This document shows, piece by piece, positions 8,109 through 17,453 of a stretch of 26,466 nucleotides of DNA. Both the position numbers and the translations under genes were made by a program. The stretch is from positions 1 through 26,466 of the IMG/VR virus record IMGVR_UViG_3300031519_000184, one strand, 5' to 3'. The stretch's first letter is position 1; the number at the start of each line of letters is the position of its first letter. The stretch comes from a virus. Lineage: Duplodnaviria; Caudoviricetes. The notes below the pieces were generated by a model. The model saw only the letters and a list, made by a program, of their open reading frames with translations, was not told the origin of the DNA and made no database searches.

Positions 8109-8390
8109 ATGAAAATTAAAGTAATCCTATTATCGTTCCTGTTGCTTTTAAATGCTGTAGAAAAAGTTCGGCATAATCAGGTACTTAGATTTTTAATAGA
8201 TGGCAGACCAAAGCAGATAATATATTTTCATAGTACATTTATGTTTACACATATTGAAGTTGAAGTTGTTAAACCAGAGATAAGAAAAGATTGTGCCGCT
8301 TTTGAATGTATGAACATATATATATTTTGTGAAAATTTTAATTTACATCACACAATTCATTGGAGATATATAAAATTTATTGAAACATAA
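8109..8390 (+). CDS. hypothetical protein with signal peptide or TM anchor
   Basis: Start reassigned to ATG 8109 (MKIKVILLSFLLLL), after the tmRNA end. Confidence 0.55.
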   Translation: MKIKVILLSFLLLLNAVEKVRHNQVLRFLIDGRPKQIIYFHSTFMFTHIEVEVVKPEIRKDCAAFECMNIYIFCENFNLHHTIHWRYIKFIET

Positions 8391-8440
8391 GGTGTATAGT
8401 AATAGTGTTGCAGCATCACTATAACTTGGAGAGACATCTA

Positions 8441-8716
8441 ATGTTCAAAAAAATTAAATTACATTTGGAACAGAATGATATGACATATTGGGAACACTTT
8501 AGATTCGCTTCAGGTTATGGTATTGGTTGTATCTATCACGGTATACTATTAATAATTCATTCTATAATACCTTCATATTTTTCTACCGCAGGTGCTAATC
8601 TAGCTAACTTATTGAATAAAGTTTTTACAGACCAGAATGAATATCTTAGTTTGAAACATAGAGTAGAAGCATTTAAAAAGATAGTATATTATTATCGTTC
8701 AAAAGAATTAAAGTAA
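8441..8716 (+). CDS. DUF6356-like membrane protein
   Basis: HL...MTYWEHFRFA...G...IIHSIIP..F pattern; start ATG 8441 after TTGGAG. Confidence 0.7.
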   Translation: MFKKIKLHLEQNDMTYWEHFRFASGYGIGCIYHGILLIIHSIIPSYFSTAGANLANLLNKVFTDQNEYLSLKHRVEAFKKIVYYYRSKELK

Positions 8717-8958
8717 TGAGCAAAGACACAGAATTAAAAATTTTAAAATTAGAATTAAAACAACAAGAAATTGTAGAAAAAAATCTATCAAAAAAAATAC
8801 AAAGATATGAACATGCTAATAAATTAGTAAGAAATACTATAGCACAACAGGATATAGACGATCTAAAGACAGAACAAGAGACTGCACAACTGCAAAAAGA
8901 AATTTTGTCATCCAAAATAGAATCTATACAAGAACTATTTACGGGAGAGTCTGATTAA
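8716..8958 (+). CDS. coiled-coil hypothetical protein
   Basis: Heptad-like L/I periodicity; TAATG coupling. Confidence 0.65.
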   Translation: MSKDTELKILKLELKQQEIVEKNLSKKIQRYEHANKLVRNTIAQQDIDDLKTEQETAQLQKEILSSKIESIQELFTGESD

Positions 8959-8973
8959 TAAGTAAGGATTAAA

Positions 8974-9501
8974 ATGCTAGGACTAATTATACTGGACATA
9001 GATGGAGTATTAACAAATGGTAAAAAATACTATGGTTTAGATGGTATGCCATTTGCTAAAACTTATTGTGATAAAGATTTTACTGCTATTAAAAGATTAA
9101 GAGCATCAGGTATAGACGTATGCTTTCTATCTGGTGATAAAAAAGTAAATGAAAATATGGCAAAGAATAGGAACATAGATTTCTATGCAGCAAGACAGGG
9201 AGACAATAAGAAATCTTTTTTACCTACATTAGAAACTGTTTACCACGTAAAAAAAACAGATATATTATATGTAGGAGATGATTTATTCGATAAAGATATT
9301 ATGCTAGAAGTAGGGCATAGGTATTGTCCACAAGATGCTTGTCCAGATATTGTTGACATTTGTGGAAAATATAATATAATACCTACGGACGGAGGTAATA
9401 ATGTAGTCTGTCAGTTGTATAATATACTGCATGAGCGAGCATTAGTACCAGACTGTAGTATGAATGATATAGAAAAACTAGATAGTAAAGAGATTTTTTA
9501 A
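8974..9501 (+). CDS. KdsC/YrbI-family HAD sugar-phosphate phosphatase
   Basis: Motif I DIDGVLT, motif II LSGD, motif IV YVGDDLFD, CPQDA and GG near the C-terminus, as in KDO8P phosphatases. Confidence 0.85.
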   Translation: MLGLIILDIDGVLTNGKKYYGLDGMPFAKTYCDKDFTAIKRLRASGIDVCFLSGDKKVNENMAKNRNIDFYAARQGDNKKSFLPTLETVYHVKKTDILYVGDDLFDKDIMLEVGHRYCPQDACPDIVDICGKYNIIPTDGGNNVVCQLYNILHERALVPDCSMNDIEKLDSKEIF

Positions 9502-10223
9502 TGTCGGATTGTATATTACTGACTCATCAGTTTATAAAAGATGGTGAAGATTGGAAATACGATGTGTTTGATTTCTGTATCAGCCATTTTAGAAACAATA
9601 ATCCTGATACCTATATTATACTTACGGGTCATGGTAAAATTCCTAGTCAAAAAACATTAGATACTGCTGATTGGTTTTATTGGGATGTTAATATTGTAGA
9701 GGGTGAAATAGATGTAGGCCATCCTAAGTTAGTTACAAAAGGATTGGAACATGCTAGAAATAAAAAATTTAACAATGTTTTTAAAAACAGATTAGATTCT
9801 GTAAATTTAATTGAAAACATCTGCGACTACTGTAGTGTGAGTCTTAGAAAGAATCACAAACTATTACTTAACACACACTATTCACCAGATCAATATACTC
9901 TTATGGATTTATTAAATTATGGCGATGTAAAAGACTTGATAGATTTATATAAACAACCTTGGGGTGTTGCATGGTTTCATGATGGTACAGGATCAGTTGC
10001 TAGAAATTATCTACAACATATTATGAGTAAACAACCAGAATTTCCTTTTAATAAAAAAGCATGGGAGTATGATGTAAACTTATATAATATGTTTTTATCT
10101 CCTGAACAACTATGCTGGGTTGATTTAAGAAAGAATTTTGCCTGCTTAAAAGATAAAACAGTAAGAGATAATTTAAACAATAATGATTTTAATAAATGTA
10201 AACATTTGTGTTGGAGTCATTAA
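9501..10223 (+). CDS. putative glycosyltransferase-like (WavE-like) protein
   Basis: Rossmann-like start (ILLTH; YIILTGHG); TKGL...FKNRLDS resembles the WavE-type K.R.D motif; glycan-cluster context. Confidence 0.4.
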   Translation: MSDCILLTHQFIKDGEDWKYDVFDFCISHFRNNNPDTYIILTGHGKIPSQKTLDTADWFYWDVNIVEGEIDVGHPKLVTKGLEHARNKKFNNVFKNRLDSVNLIENICDYCSVSLRKNHKLLLNTHYSPDQYTLMDLLNYGDVKDLIDLYKQPWGVAWFHDGTGSVARNYLQHIMSKQPEFPFNKKAWEYDVNLYNMFLSPEQLCWVDLRKNFACLKDKTVRDNLNNNDFNKCKHLCWSH

Positions 10224-10834
10224 TGCCATTCATTAACAATACTCACAAATTTATTTTTATTGGTAATGCAAGATGTGGCAGCACAACCATGTATACTAAG
10301 CTAGGCAATATTTTTGCTGATGATGATATTGTTTGGGAAGATGGTAGAGATGCAAAGCCTTGGTTGTATCACATGGGCATAGAAGATACCATTGACAGAT
10401 TTTCTTTTGCTAAAGATTATACTAAGTTTTGTTTTGTAAGAAATCCTTGGTCGAGATTTTTATCTGGATACAGAGAATTTATTAAACCTGTTCACCATGA
10501 ATGGAGTTCTTCTATATTAAAGTATAAAACTTTTGATGATTTCTGTTTAGGATTTACAAACGATTCTATTAGTAAGGATATTCATTTCAAGCCTTTATAT
10601 AATCAAATGACTATTGATGGACAGAAATTTATGGATTACGTTGGTAGATTTGAGAACATGAACGAAGACTTTAGTAAAATACTATATCAGATTACTGGCA
10701 ATAATTATACACTAGACATACATTTAAATAATACAGCATCATCGAACTATGCGTCACACTACTGCAAAAAATCAAGACAAATGATTGAAGATTTTTATAG
10801 CACTGATATACTTCTTTTAGATTATAGGTTCTAA
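10223..10834 (+). CDS. sulfotransferase family 2 (HNK-1/chondroitin-4-O-type)
   Basis: 5'-PSB FIFIGNARCGSTT, 3'-PB FVRNPWSRFLSGY, HFKP and DYVGRFENMNEDF; start ATG 10223. Confidence 0.88.
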   Translation: MPFINNTHKFIFIGNARCGSTTMYTKLGNIFADDDIVWEDGRDAKPWLYHMGIEDTIDRFSFAKDYTKFCFVRNPWSRFLSGYREFIKPVHHEWSSSILKYKTFDDFCLGFTNDSISKDIHFKPLYNQMTIDGQKFMDYVGRFENMNEDFSKILYQITGNNYTLDIHLNNTASSNYASHYCKKSRQMIEDFYSTDILLLDYRF

Positions 10835-10835
10835 T

Positions 10836-11510
10836 ATGTTCGATGTTTCTTTATATGGACACATAACAATGGATACTATTATATCCAAAAATAGCAAAGA
10901 TTGTACTGTTGGTTCTATAGGCAATTTATGGAAAATGTTTTCTATAATTAATCCGAGTTTAAAAATTAATATAGAGGCTACTGATTTTGGAGAGGCACTA
11001 ATCTTAGTTGATAAAAAGAGTTTAAGAAGATCAAGTGTAGCCAACCTAAGTATTCACAATAGAAAACCTACAATAGTAAAATCTAAATGGCATCACATCT
11101 TATATATAAATGAGTTGACTGATCCTTCTTTTGTCACTACTATAAGTAGCGGAATTATATCAGTAGATTTTTGTAGAGGCAAACAACTAAAAAATTTAGA
11201 TATATTATCTAATGTAGACTTTGTGTTTATATCTGATGAAGATGTTTTCATGGATTTAAATGAAATGTCTAAAATGGTCAGACAAGGCGTGATATTGCAT
11301 AAGGCAGGAGGTAGTGAGTATTATTTTGATGGAGAAAAAAGACTAGAACGTAAAGCAGACATTGTTGATGATGTTAGTGTATTAGGTTGCGGAGATATGT
11401 TTGCTTCATTATTTATCAACAACGAATTATTGCGTTCGGATACGGGAGTATCTTTAGAACTATCTCACAAGTATATGACACAATATTTAAAAGAGGCAAA
11501 GGATGACTAA
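10836..11510 (+). CDS. PfkB/ribokinase-family carbohydrate kinase
   Basis: N-terminal YGHITMDTI; C-terminal signature DVSVLGCGDMFAS. Confidence 0.8.
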   Translation: MFDVSLYGHITMDTIISKNSKDCTVGSIGNLWKMFSIINPSLKINIEATDFGEALILVDKKSLRRSSVANLSIHNRKPTIVKSKWHHILYINELTDPSFVTTISSGIISVDFCRGKQLKNLDILSNVDFVFISDEDVFMDLNEMSKMVRQGVILHKAGGSEYYFDGEKRLERKADIVDDVSVLGCGDMFASLFINNELLRSDTGVSLELSHKYMTQYLKEAKDD

Positions 11511-12663
11511 GAAATATAATTTACTTTTACCTATAGCAGGTAAGGCACAAAGGTTTATTGACCAAGGGTATACAATGCCTAAACCTTTAATTATGGTAAA
11601 GGATAAGCATGTTATCGACATGGCAGTAGGCTCTATTGATATTACTGATTGTAATTTAATTTTCGCAGTAAGGCTCGACCATATTAATAATTTCTCTATT
11701 GATGCAATACTCAAACAGAAATTTGGCGAAGATATTAAAATTGTAGTAATTGATAAAGTAACAGATGGAAGTATATCAACCTGTTTACTAGCAGAAGATT
11801 TAATTAATAATGATACTCCTTTGATTATATATACTCCAGATGTATATTTCCAAGACCAGTTTGATCCAAATAGTATTGATTCTGAATTAGATGGTTTTAT
11901 TTTAACCTTTAAGGCTAATAGCCCAGCACATAGTTATGTATCATTAGATGAAAACAATTTAGCTTTACGAACAGCAGAAAAAGAAGTTATCAGTTCCAAT
12001 GCGGCAGTAGGTGTTTACTATTATAAAACAGGTAAGATGTTTGTAGAGTATGCAAAAGAAACACTTGATAAAAATATCAGAACTAATGGAGAGTTCTATA
12101 TCTGTCCTATGTACAACCTAATGATTAGGGATGCAAAGAAGGTGTCCATACAAACAGTAAAAAAAATGCACGTTTTAGGTACTCCACCTGAATTAGAGTT
12201 TTTTGTTAATCATGTAATACCTAAATTCGGAGATAAGCCTATAGCATTAGCATCAGACCATTCCGGCTATGAAATAAAAGAATCCGCTAAAAAAGTATTA
12301 GCAAATAACAATATTCCATATATTGATTTTGGTACATATACAAATAAGAATTGTGATTATAATGAATATATACAAGCAGCAATCCGTTCACTACAGAATA
12401 ATGATTGTGATTTTGGTATCGGATTCTGTAGAACTGGACAAGGTGTTAATATATTAACTAATAGTATTAATGAAATTAGATGTGCATTAGTAAGAGATGA
12501 TTATACAGCAGAGTATGCTATCAGCCATAACTGTGCCAACTTTTTTGCTGTTCCATCAAAGTATATAACAGAAGATGCTCTTGACAGTATGGTAAAGATT
12601 TGGAAAACAACTACGTTTGATGGTGGACGACACATGACTAGAATGAAAAAGACTATAGGATAA
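11503..12663 (+). CDS. fusion of a sugar-phosphate nucleotidyltransferase and an RpiB/LacAB sugar-phosphate isomerase
   Basis: N-terminal PIAGKAQRF..GY.MPKPLI, AEKEVIS, NGEFYICPMYN, LGTPPEL; C-terminal IALASDHSG, DFGT...DY, FCRTGQGV, HNCAN, FDGGRH..R. Confidence 0.9.
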   Translation: MTKKYNLLLPIAGKAQRFIDQGYTMPKPLIMVKDKHVIDMAVGSIDITDCNLIFAVRLDHINNFSIDAILKQKFGEDIKIVVIDKVTDGSISTCLLAEDLINNDTPLIIYTPDVYFQDQFDPNSIDSELDGFILTFKANSPAHSYVSLDENNLALRTAEKEVISSNAAVGVYYYKTGKMFVEYAKETLDKNIRTNGEFYICPMYNLMIRDAKKVSIQTVKKMHVLGTPPELEFFVNHVIPKFGDKPIALASDHSGYEIKESAKKVLANNNIPYIDFGTYTNKNCDYNEYIQAAIRSLQNNDCDFGIGFCRTGQGVNILTNSINEIRCALVRDDYTAEYAISHNCANFFAVPSKYITEDALDSMVKIWKTTTFDGGRHMTRMKKTIG

Positions 12664-12665
12664 TT

Positions 12666-13112
12666 ATGTTCTTTATTTCTCATAGAGGCAATCTGCAAGG
12701 TGCTGAACAGCACAGAGAAAATACAGAAAGACAAATAGTTAGATGTATTAATCTAGGATTTGATGTAGAGATTGATCTATGGTATTTAAATAATACTTAT
12801 TGGTTAGGACATGATGAACCATCTTATAAAATATCCAGAGACTTCTTATTTAGAAATAAAGATAAGCTGTGGTGTCATGCTAAAAACCATAAAGCATTGT
12901 TTAATTTACTGAAAGATAATCTGCATTGTTTTTGGCATGATAATGATGCTTATACCTTAACATCTAAATCAATTATATGGGCATATCCTGGGTCTAAATT
13001 AAATAATAGATGTATTTGTGTAATGCCAGAAAAATCTACTCCTAAAAAACTTAACAAAGTTTTAGGTATCTGTAGTGATAACATCATAAAGTATAAGGAT
13101 TTAATCTTATGA
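12666..13112 (+). CDS. GDPD/PI-PLC-like phosphodiesterase-fold protein
   Basis: ISHRGN...EN...GFDVEIDLW...LGHD...LWCHAKN...FWH; this family is commonly next to NTP transferases in glycan clusters. Confidence 0.75.
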   Translation: MFFISHRGNLQGAEQHRENTERQIVRCINLGFDVEIDLWYLNNTYWLGHDEPSYKISRDFLFRNKDKLWCHAKNHKALFNLLKDNLHCFWHDNDAYTLTSKSIIWAYPGSKLNNRCICVMPEKSTPKKLNKVLGICSDNIIKYKDLIL

Positions 13113-13759
13113 AGAAAATTGCTATGATGTATTCTGGTTTGCCTATAGCTAACAAAGAATATTTACAAAATCATGTAGATCATATCTATCAGTATTATGA
13201 TTGTGATATATTCATGTCTCTGTGGAGAAGATCAGATGAAGATGATGAGATTATTGAAAAGGTAAAAGAGTATTATAAACCTAAAGTTTTACAGGTAGAG
13301 GACTCCAATCAAGCTAAAGTATTTTTTGATAATATTAAAAAACAATTAACAACAGTACATCCTGATACACAAGTAAAAGGTGCTGGTAATACCTTGTCTA
13401 TGCACTATAAAATATTTATGTGCTTTGGTTTAGTTCCTCCTGAATATGATATTGTAGTTAAAAACAGAACCGATGTTACATTACATAGTAAATTAAATTT
13501 AGATATAGAACCTCATGATACTATTAAGATACCATCAGGAGGAGATCATAGAGATGGAGTTAATGACGTACTAGCTTTTGGGCCTTATGATTTAATGAGG
13601 GGATACTGCGGTACATTTTTAAATGCTCCTTTTGCTGCTATCGCAAAAGACTATGTGTATCATCCAGAGAACCTTTTAAAATTACAATTATCTTTATTTG
13701 ATATATCTGTAACAAGATTTCCATACCTGCTTACTCTAAGAGGATGGAATTATAATTAA
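13109..13759 (+). CDS. putative glycosyltransferase-like protein
   Basis: KIAMMYSG...DIFMSLW...SMHYKI...YDIVVKNRTD...NDVLAFG...HPENLL pattern, typical of phage and capsule GT-like proteins. Confidence 0.6.
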   Translation: MKKIAMMYSGLPIANKEYLQNHVDHIYQYYDCDIFMSLWRRSDEDDEIIEKVKEYYKPKVLQVEDSNQAKVFFDNIKKQLTTVHPDTQVKGAGNTLSMHYKIFMCFGLVPPEYDIVVKNRTDVTLHSKLNLDIEPHDTIKIPSGGDHRDGVNDVLAFGPYDLMRGYCGTFLNAPFAAIAKDYVYHPENLLKLQLSLFDISVTRFPYLLTLRGWNYN

Positions 13760-13763
13760 AGAC

Positions 13764-13792
13764 TTGACACTGTGATGACGATAATGTATACT
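13764..13792 (+). promoter_or_regulatory. sigma70-type promoter with GACGATA box (DNA ligase)
   Basis: TTGACA-17 bp-TATACT. Confidence 0.75.
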
Positions 13793-13829
13793 GTAAGGAA
13801 CAGTAATCACAGGACACAAGGATATACAA

Positions 13830-15176
13830 ATGGACGATAAATTCCCACAAGGATGCAGAACTGCTACATTACACGCTATAGCTATGATGGTTGAACTGCG
13901 TAACAACAGTGGTACTATAGCCAAGCAGGAAATCATTGCCAAGTATTGTAAAGCAGGTAAAGAGGAAGATAACGGATTTCAGCTACATGCTAGAAACGTA
14001 TTGAATCTAGCACACAATGACTATCTTATGTATGGCTTAACAAGTAACCAAGTTAAAAAACGACCAGACTTATTTTTCGGAGATTGTGAGGCAGGTTACG
14101 GTCTATGCCAACTGTTTAACGATTTAACTCTTCGTAGATACACAGGACATGATGCTATCAGAATTGTTAATACTTATATCAATAAATTCCCTGAACAAGA
14201 AGAACTTGTCTATTGTATCTTAGATAAAGACCTAAAGACTAAGGTTGGTGTTAAACTTATTAATAAAGTTATCCCCGACTTTATTCCAGAGTTCAGTGTC
14301 GCTCTTGCAGAAAAGTATCAACCTAAATTAGTGGAGTGGGAAGATGAGTGGTTTGTATCTCGTAAACTTGATGGGGTTAGATGTTTGGCTATTGTCGATC
14401 ATTTTGGTAATACTACTTTCTACTCCAGAACGGGCAAAGAATTTACTACCTTGGGTGTTGTTGCCGATGGGATTACAAGTCTTGGTTTATCTAATGTTGT
14501 GTTTGACGGAGAACTTTGTCTGATTGATGAAGATGGTAACGAAGACTTTCAAGGTATTATGAAGCAACTTCGTAAGAAAGATCATACTATTAAGAACCCA
14601 TCTTACAAAATCTTTGATATGATGACCCAAGATGAATTTAAATCTAAGAAGAGTGAACATAATCTATATCAGAGATATAAAGAACTATTGTTTACTATGG
14701 AAGATAATGAATGTCCCTGCCTGTCTGCATTAGAAATGGAGATAGTAGATGATGATGAACACTTTCAACAGTGGGTATCTAAAGCAGATGATGATGGTTG
14801 GGAAGGTGTTATGCTCCGTAAGAATGTAGCATACAAAGGTAAACGTAGTAAAGATTTATTAAAGGTAAAAACCTTCTATGATGCTGAGTATAAAGTACTC
14901 GATACAGAAATGGGTATGTTCCCTCTGACATTAAATGGCAAAGAGTGTGAAGAAGAAATGCTATCATGTGTTTATATTAAACATAAAGATCATACTGTTA
15001 GAGTTGGTAGTGGATTCTCTATAGAGCAACGACAGGACTTTTATAAAAATCCTGATGCTATCTTAGGTAAGATTATAACAGTGCAATATTTTGAAGAGAC
15101 TAAGAATCAGGAAGGGGGTATAAGTCTTAGATTTCCTACTTTCAAAATATTACATGGTGATGCGAGATTAGTATGA
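13830..15176 (+). CDS. ATP-dependent DNA ligase
   Basis: Motif I KLDGVR, SRTGK, FDGEL, IFD, EGVMLR, LLKVK, VGSG and LRFP. Confidence 0.96.
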   Translation: MDDKFPQGCRTATLHAIAMMVELRNNSGTIAKQEIIAKYCKAGKEEDNGFQLHARNVLNLAHNDYLMYGLTSNQVKKRPDLFFGDCEAGYGLCQLFNDLTLRRYTGHDAIRIVNTYINKFPEQEELVYCILDKDLKTKVGVKLINKVIPDFIPEFSVALAEKYQPKLVEWEDEWFVSRKLDGVRCLAIVDHFGNTTFYSRTGKEFTTLGVVADGITSLGLSNVVFDGELCLIDEDGNEDFQGIMKQLRKKDHTIKNPSYKIFDMMTQDEFKSKKSEHNLYQRYKELLFTMEDNECPCLSALEMEIVDDDEHFQQWVSKADDDGWEGVMLRKNVAYKGKRSKDLLKVKTFYDAEYKVLDTEMGMFPLTLNGKECEEEMLSCVYIKHKDHTVRVGSGFSIEQRQDFYKNPDAILGKIITVQYFEETKNQEGGISLRFPTFKILHGDARLV

Positions 15177-16552
15177 CACATATTAATAAACATGGATGGT
15201 GGTTTAATATTGATGAGCAAGATCATAAGCATGATGAATTATTAAAACAATCATTACTAGATTTTTTCAAAAAAGAAAACGCAACAAGTGTTGTAGATTT
15301 TGGTTGTGGTAGAGGTTATTATGCTAAATTTTTAAATGATAATAATATATCTACTGATTGCTATGATGGCAGTCCAGATACTAAAACTAAAACAGATGGC
15401 ATGTGTGATGTCATTGATCTTGCCATAGACTTTAATTTAGATAAACAATATGATTGGGTATTATCTTTAGAGGTTGGAGAGCATATCCCTGTAAAATACT
15501 TTGATACTTTTATTAATAACCTATGCAAACATTGTGATGAGGGTATTGTTTTAAGCTGGGCTATAAAAGACCAAGACGGTTTAGGCCATGTTAACTGTAG
15601 ATCAAACGAATATATTAAAAATCAATTAGCAGAATTAGGCTATATCAATGATGTTGATGCTGAAAATAAACTTAGAAAAAATACTACGCACGAATGGTTT
15701 TACAATACTATTATGGTATTTAGAAAAATATCAGACATAATTAAATTTTATAAAGTTTTTACAGTAGATAAAGATTTTGATGAGGTTGTATATCAAAAGA
15801 AGTATCCAGAAGCAAAAGACTTTTATCAACCATTATGTGAAAAGAATGGAATAGACGACAAACACAGATTGTATTTCCATTGGTATAGATATAAAAAAAA
15901 TCAACTTACAATAACTAAACCTGTTTTTAATAACTATAATCTGCCCAAGCTATCATTACTTGTTGGTATTAAAAATAGATTTAATCAATTAAAAGTAAGT
16001 GTACAATCTTGGCTAAATCAAAAAGCTATTAATGAAATACTGATAGTTGATTGGGACTCAAACGACTTAGATATTAATTATTTAAAATCTTTAAGTAACA
16101 AAATTAAAGTAGTACAATATCAAAACAAACCAAACTATCATATATCTAAAGTTATTAATGAATGTATTAAGCATACAGACTGTGAACACATTATTAAAGC
16201 AGATGTAGACTACATATTTAATCCCTATTATCAATTAGATGAATGGCTTGACATTAATTGGGATACAGAATTTATGACGGGATCATCTAAATGGACAGAC
16301 ACTACAAATCTAGGATTTTTAAAATATTTAAATGGATTACTAATTTGCAAGAAAAAACATATATTAGATGTTGGCATGTATGACGAAAGTTATACTAATT
16401 ATGGTGGAGAAGATTCTGATTTATATAATAGGCTACAACAAAAAAGATTAACAAGAAAATTTATGCCTTTCACAGATAATATAATTCCTGTATATCATAA
16501 TCCTCATACTGATTATAAGAGGGTAGAATTTTATAAAAATAAAAGTATATGA
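15173..16552 (+). CDS. fusion of a class I SAM methyltransferase and a GT2/GT7-like glycosyltransferase
   Basis: VVDFGCGRGYY, LSLEVGEHIP, QDGLGHVN; C-terminal KNRF, ILIVDWDS, IKADVD, GMYDE...YGGEDSDLYNRL. Confidence 0.85.
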   Translation: MTHINKHGWWFNIDEQDHKHDELLKQSLLDFFKKENATSVVDFGCGRGYYAKFLNDNNISTDCYDGSPDTKTKTDGMCDVIDLAIDFNLDKQYDWVLSLEVGEHIPVKYFDTFINNLCKHCDEGIVLSWAIKDQDGLGHVNCRSNEYIKNQLAELGYINDVDAENKLRKNTTHEWFYNTIMVFRKISDIIKFYKVFTVDKDFDEVVYQKKYPEAKDFYQPLCEKNGIDDKHRLYFHWYRYKKNQLTITKPVFNNYNLPKLSLLVGIKNRFNQLKVSVQSWLNQKAINEILIVDWDSNDLDINYLKSLSNKIKVVQYQNKPNYHISKVINECIKHTDCEHIIKADVDYIFNPYYQLDEWLDINWDTEFMTGSSKWTDTTNLGFLKYLNGLLICKKKHILDVGMYDESYTNYGGEDSDLYNRLQQKRLTRKFMPFTDNIIPVYHNPHTDYKRVEFYKNKSI

Positions 16553-17373
16553 GCAGTAAAAACATTTTAATATTAGCTGAACCAAGAACAGGCAGTGCTT
16601 TATTGTGTCGTATTATTTCTAGTAATACAAACACTATAAATATAGCTGAGTTTTTTGGTAGTGGATACGCACATATTTCTCAGCATTTACATAGACTATC
16701 TGAATATGTGGATCAAAAATATATACTAGGTATAAATGATTATAGAGATATGCTACACAAACTATCTATCTCTACTTTACCAAATCAAATTAACAAATTT
16801 GTAGATGTAAATAGTTTAAAGTTATTCTTACAATTTAAGAAACAAAATATATGTTTAAAGATTTTTAATTCACATTTCTTTCAACAAAATATAGACACTG
16901 AAGAACTACTTGATATGTTCGATGCAGTAGTTTTACTTTACAGATATAATTTACTAGATGCTTTTATTAGCTTACAAAGAGCATTGGACACAGATATATG
17001 GAACAGCTTGAATAAAAATTTCGATAAAAATAAAATCCATAAGATACAATGGGACACAACAGAATATAACAGATACTATAAAAGACAAACGAATGTTTAT
17101 AGTAAACACTTAACTCTATTTGACAAAGTGAACAAACCTAAATGTATTTTAGCATACGAAGATATATCCTCTGCTAGAAACAAATATTTATATATACAAA
17201 ATCTTTTATTTGATAATCATATTCATCATACTATTCCTATAAAAGACAAAGACCCAATAGAGAAACAATCTATATCTAATATGTCTATAGCAGATAACTT
17301 TATCAATCCTACCGATTTTCTCCAAGACTATAAACATATACAACACAAACTATACAATACAGTTTTAGAATAA
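16549..17373 (+). CDS. Stf0-like sulfotransferase
   Basis: ILILAEPRTGSALL PAPS-binding loop; LYRYNLLDAFISLQRA; LAYEDI. Confidence 0.75.
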   Translation: MSSKNILILAEPRTGSALLCRIISSNTNTINIAEFFGSGYAHISQHLHRLSEYVDQKYILGINDYRDMLHKLSISTLPNQINKFVDVNSLKLFLQFKKQNICLKIFNSHFFQQNIDTEELLDMFDAVVLLYRYNLLDAFISLQRALDTDIWNSLNKNFDKNKIHKIQWDTTEYNRYYKRQTNVYSKHLTLFDKVNKPKCILAYEDISSARNKYLYIQNLLFDNHIHHTIPIKDKDPIEKQSISNMSIADNFINPTDFLQDYKHIQHKLYNTVLE

Positions 17374-17387
17374 TTCAAGTTAACCAC

Positions 17388-17416
17388 TTGACAAGACGAT
17401 AACAATAGTATAGAAT
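17388..17416 (+). promoter_or_regulatory. sigma70-type promoter with GACGATA box
   Basis: TTGACA-17 bp-TAGAAT. Confidence 0.75.
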
Positions 17417-17453
17417 TGATAGTATCGCTTTTGGAAACCTTTTGGAGACTGTT

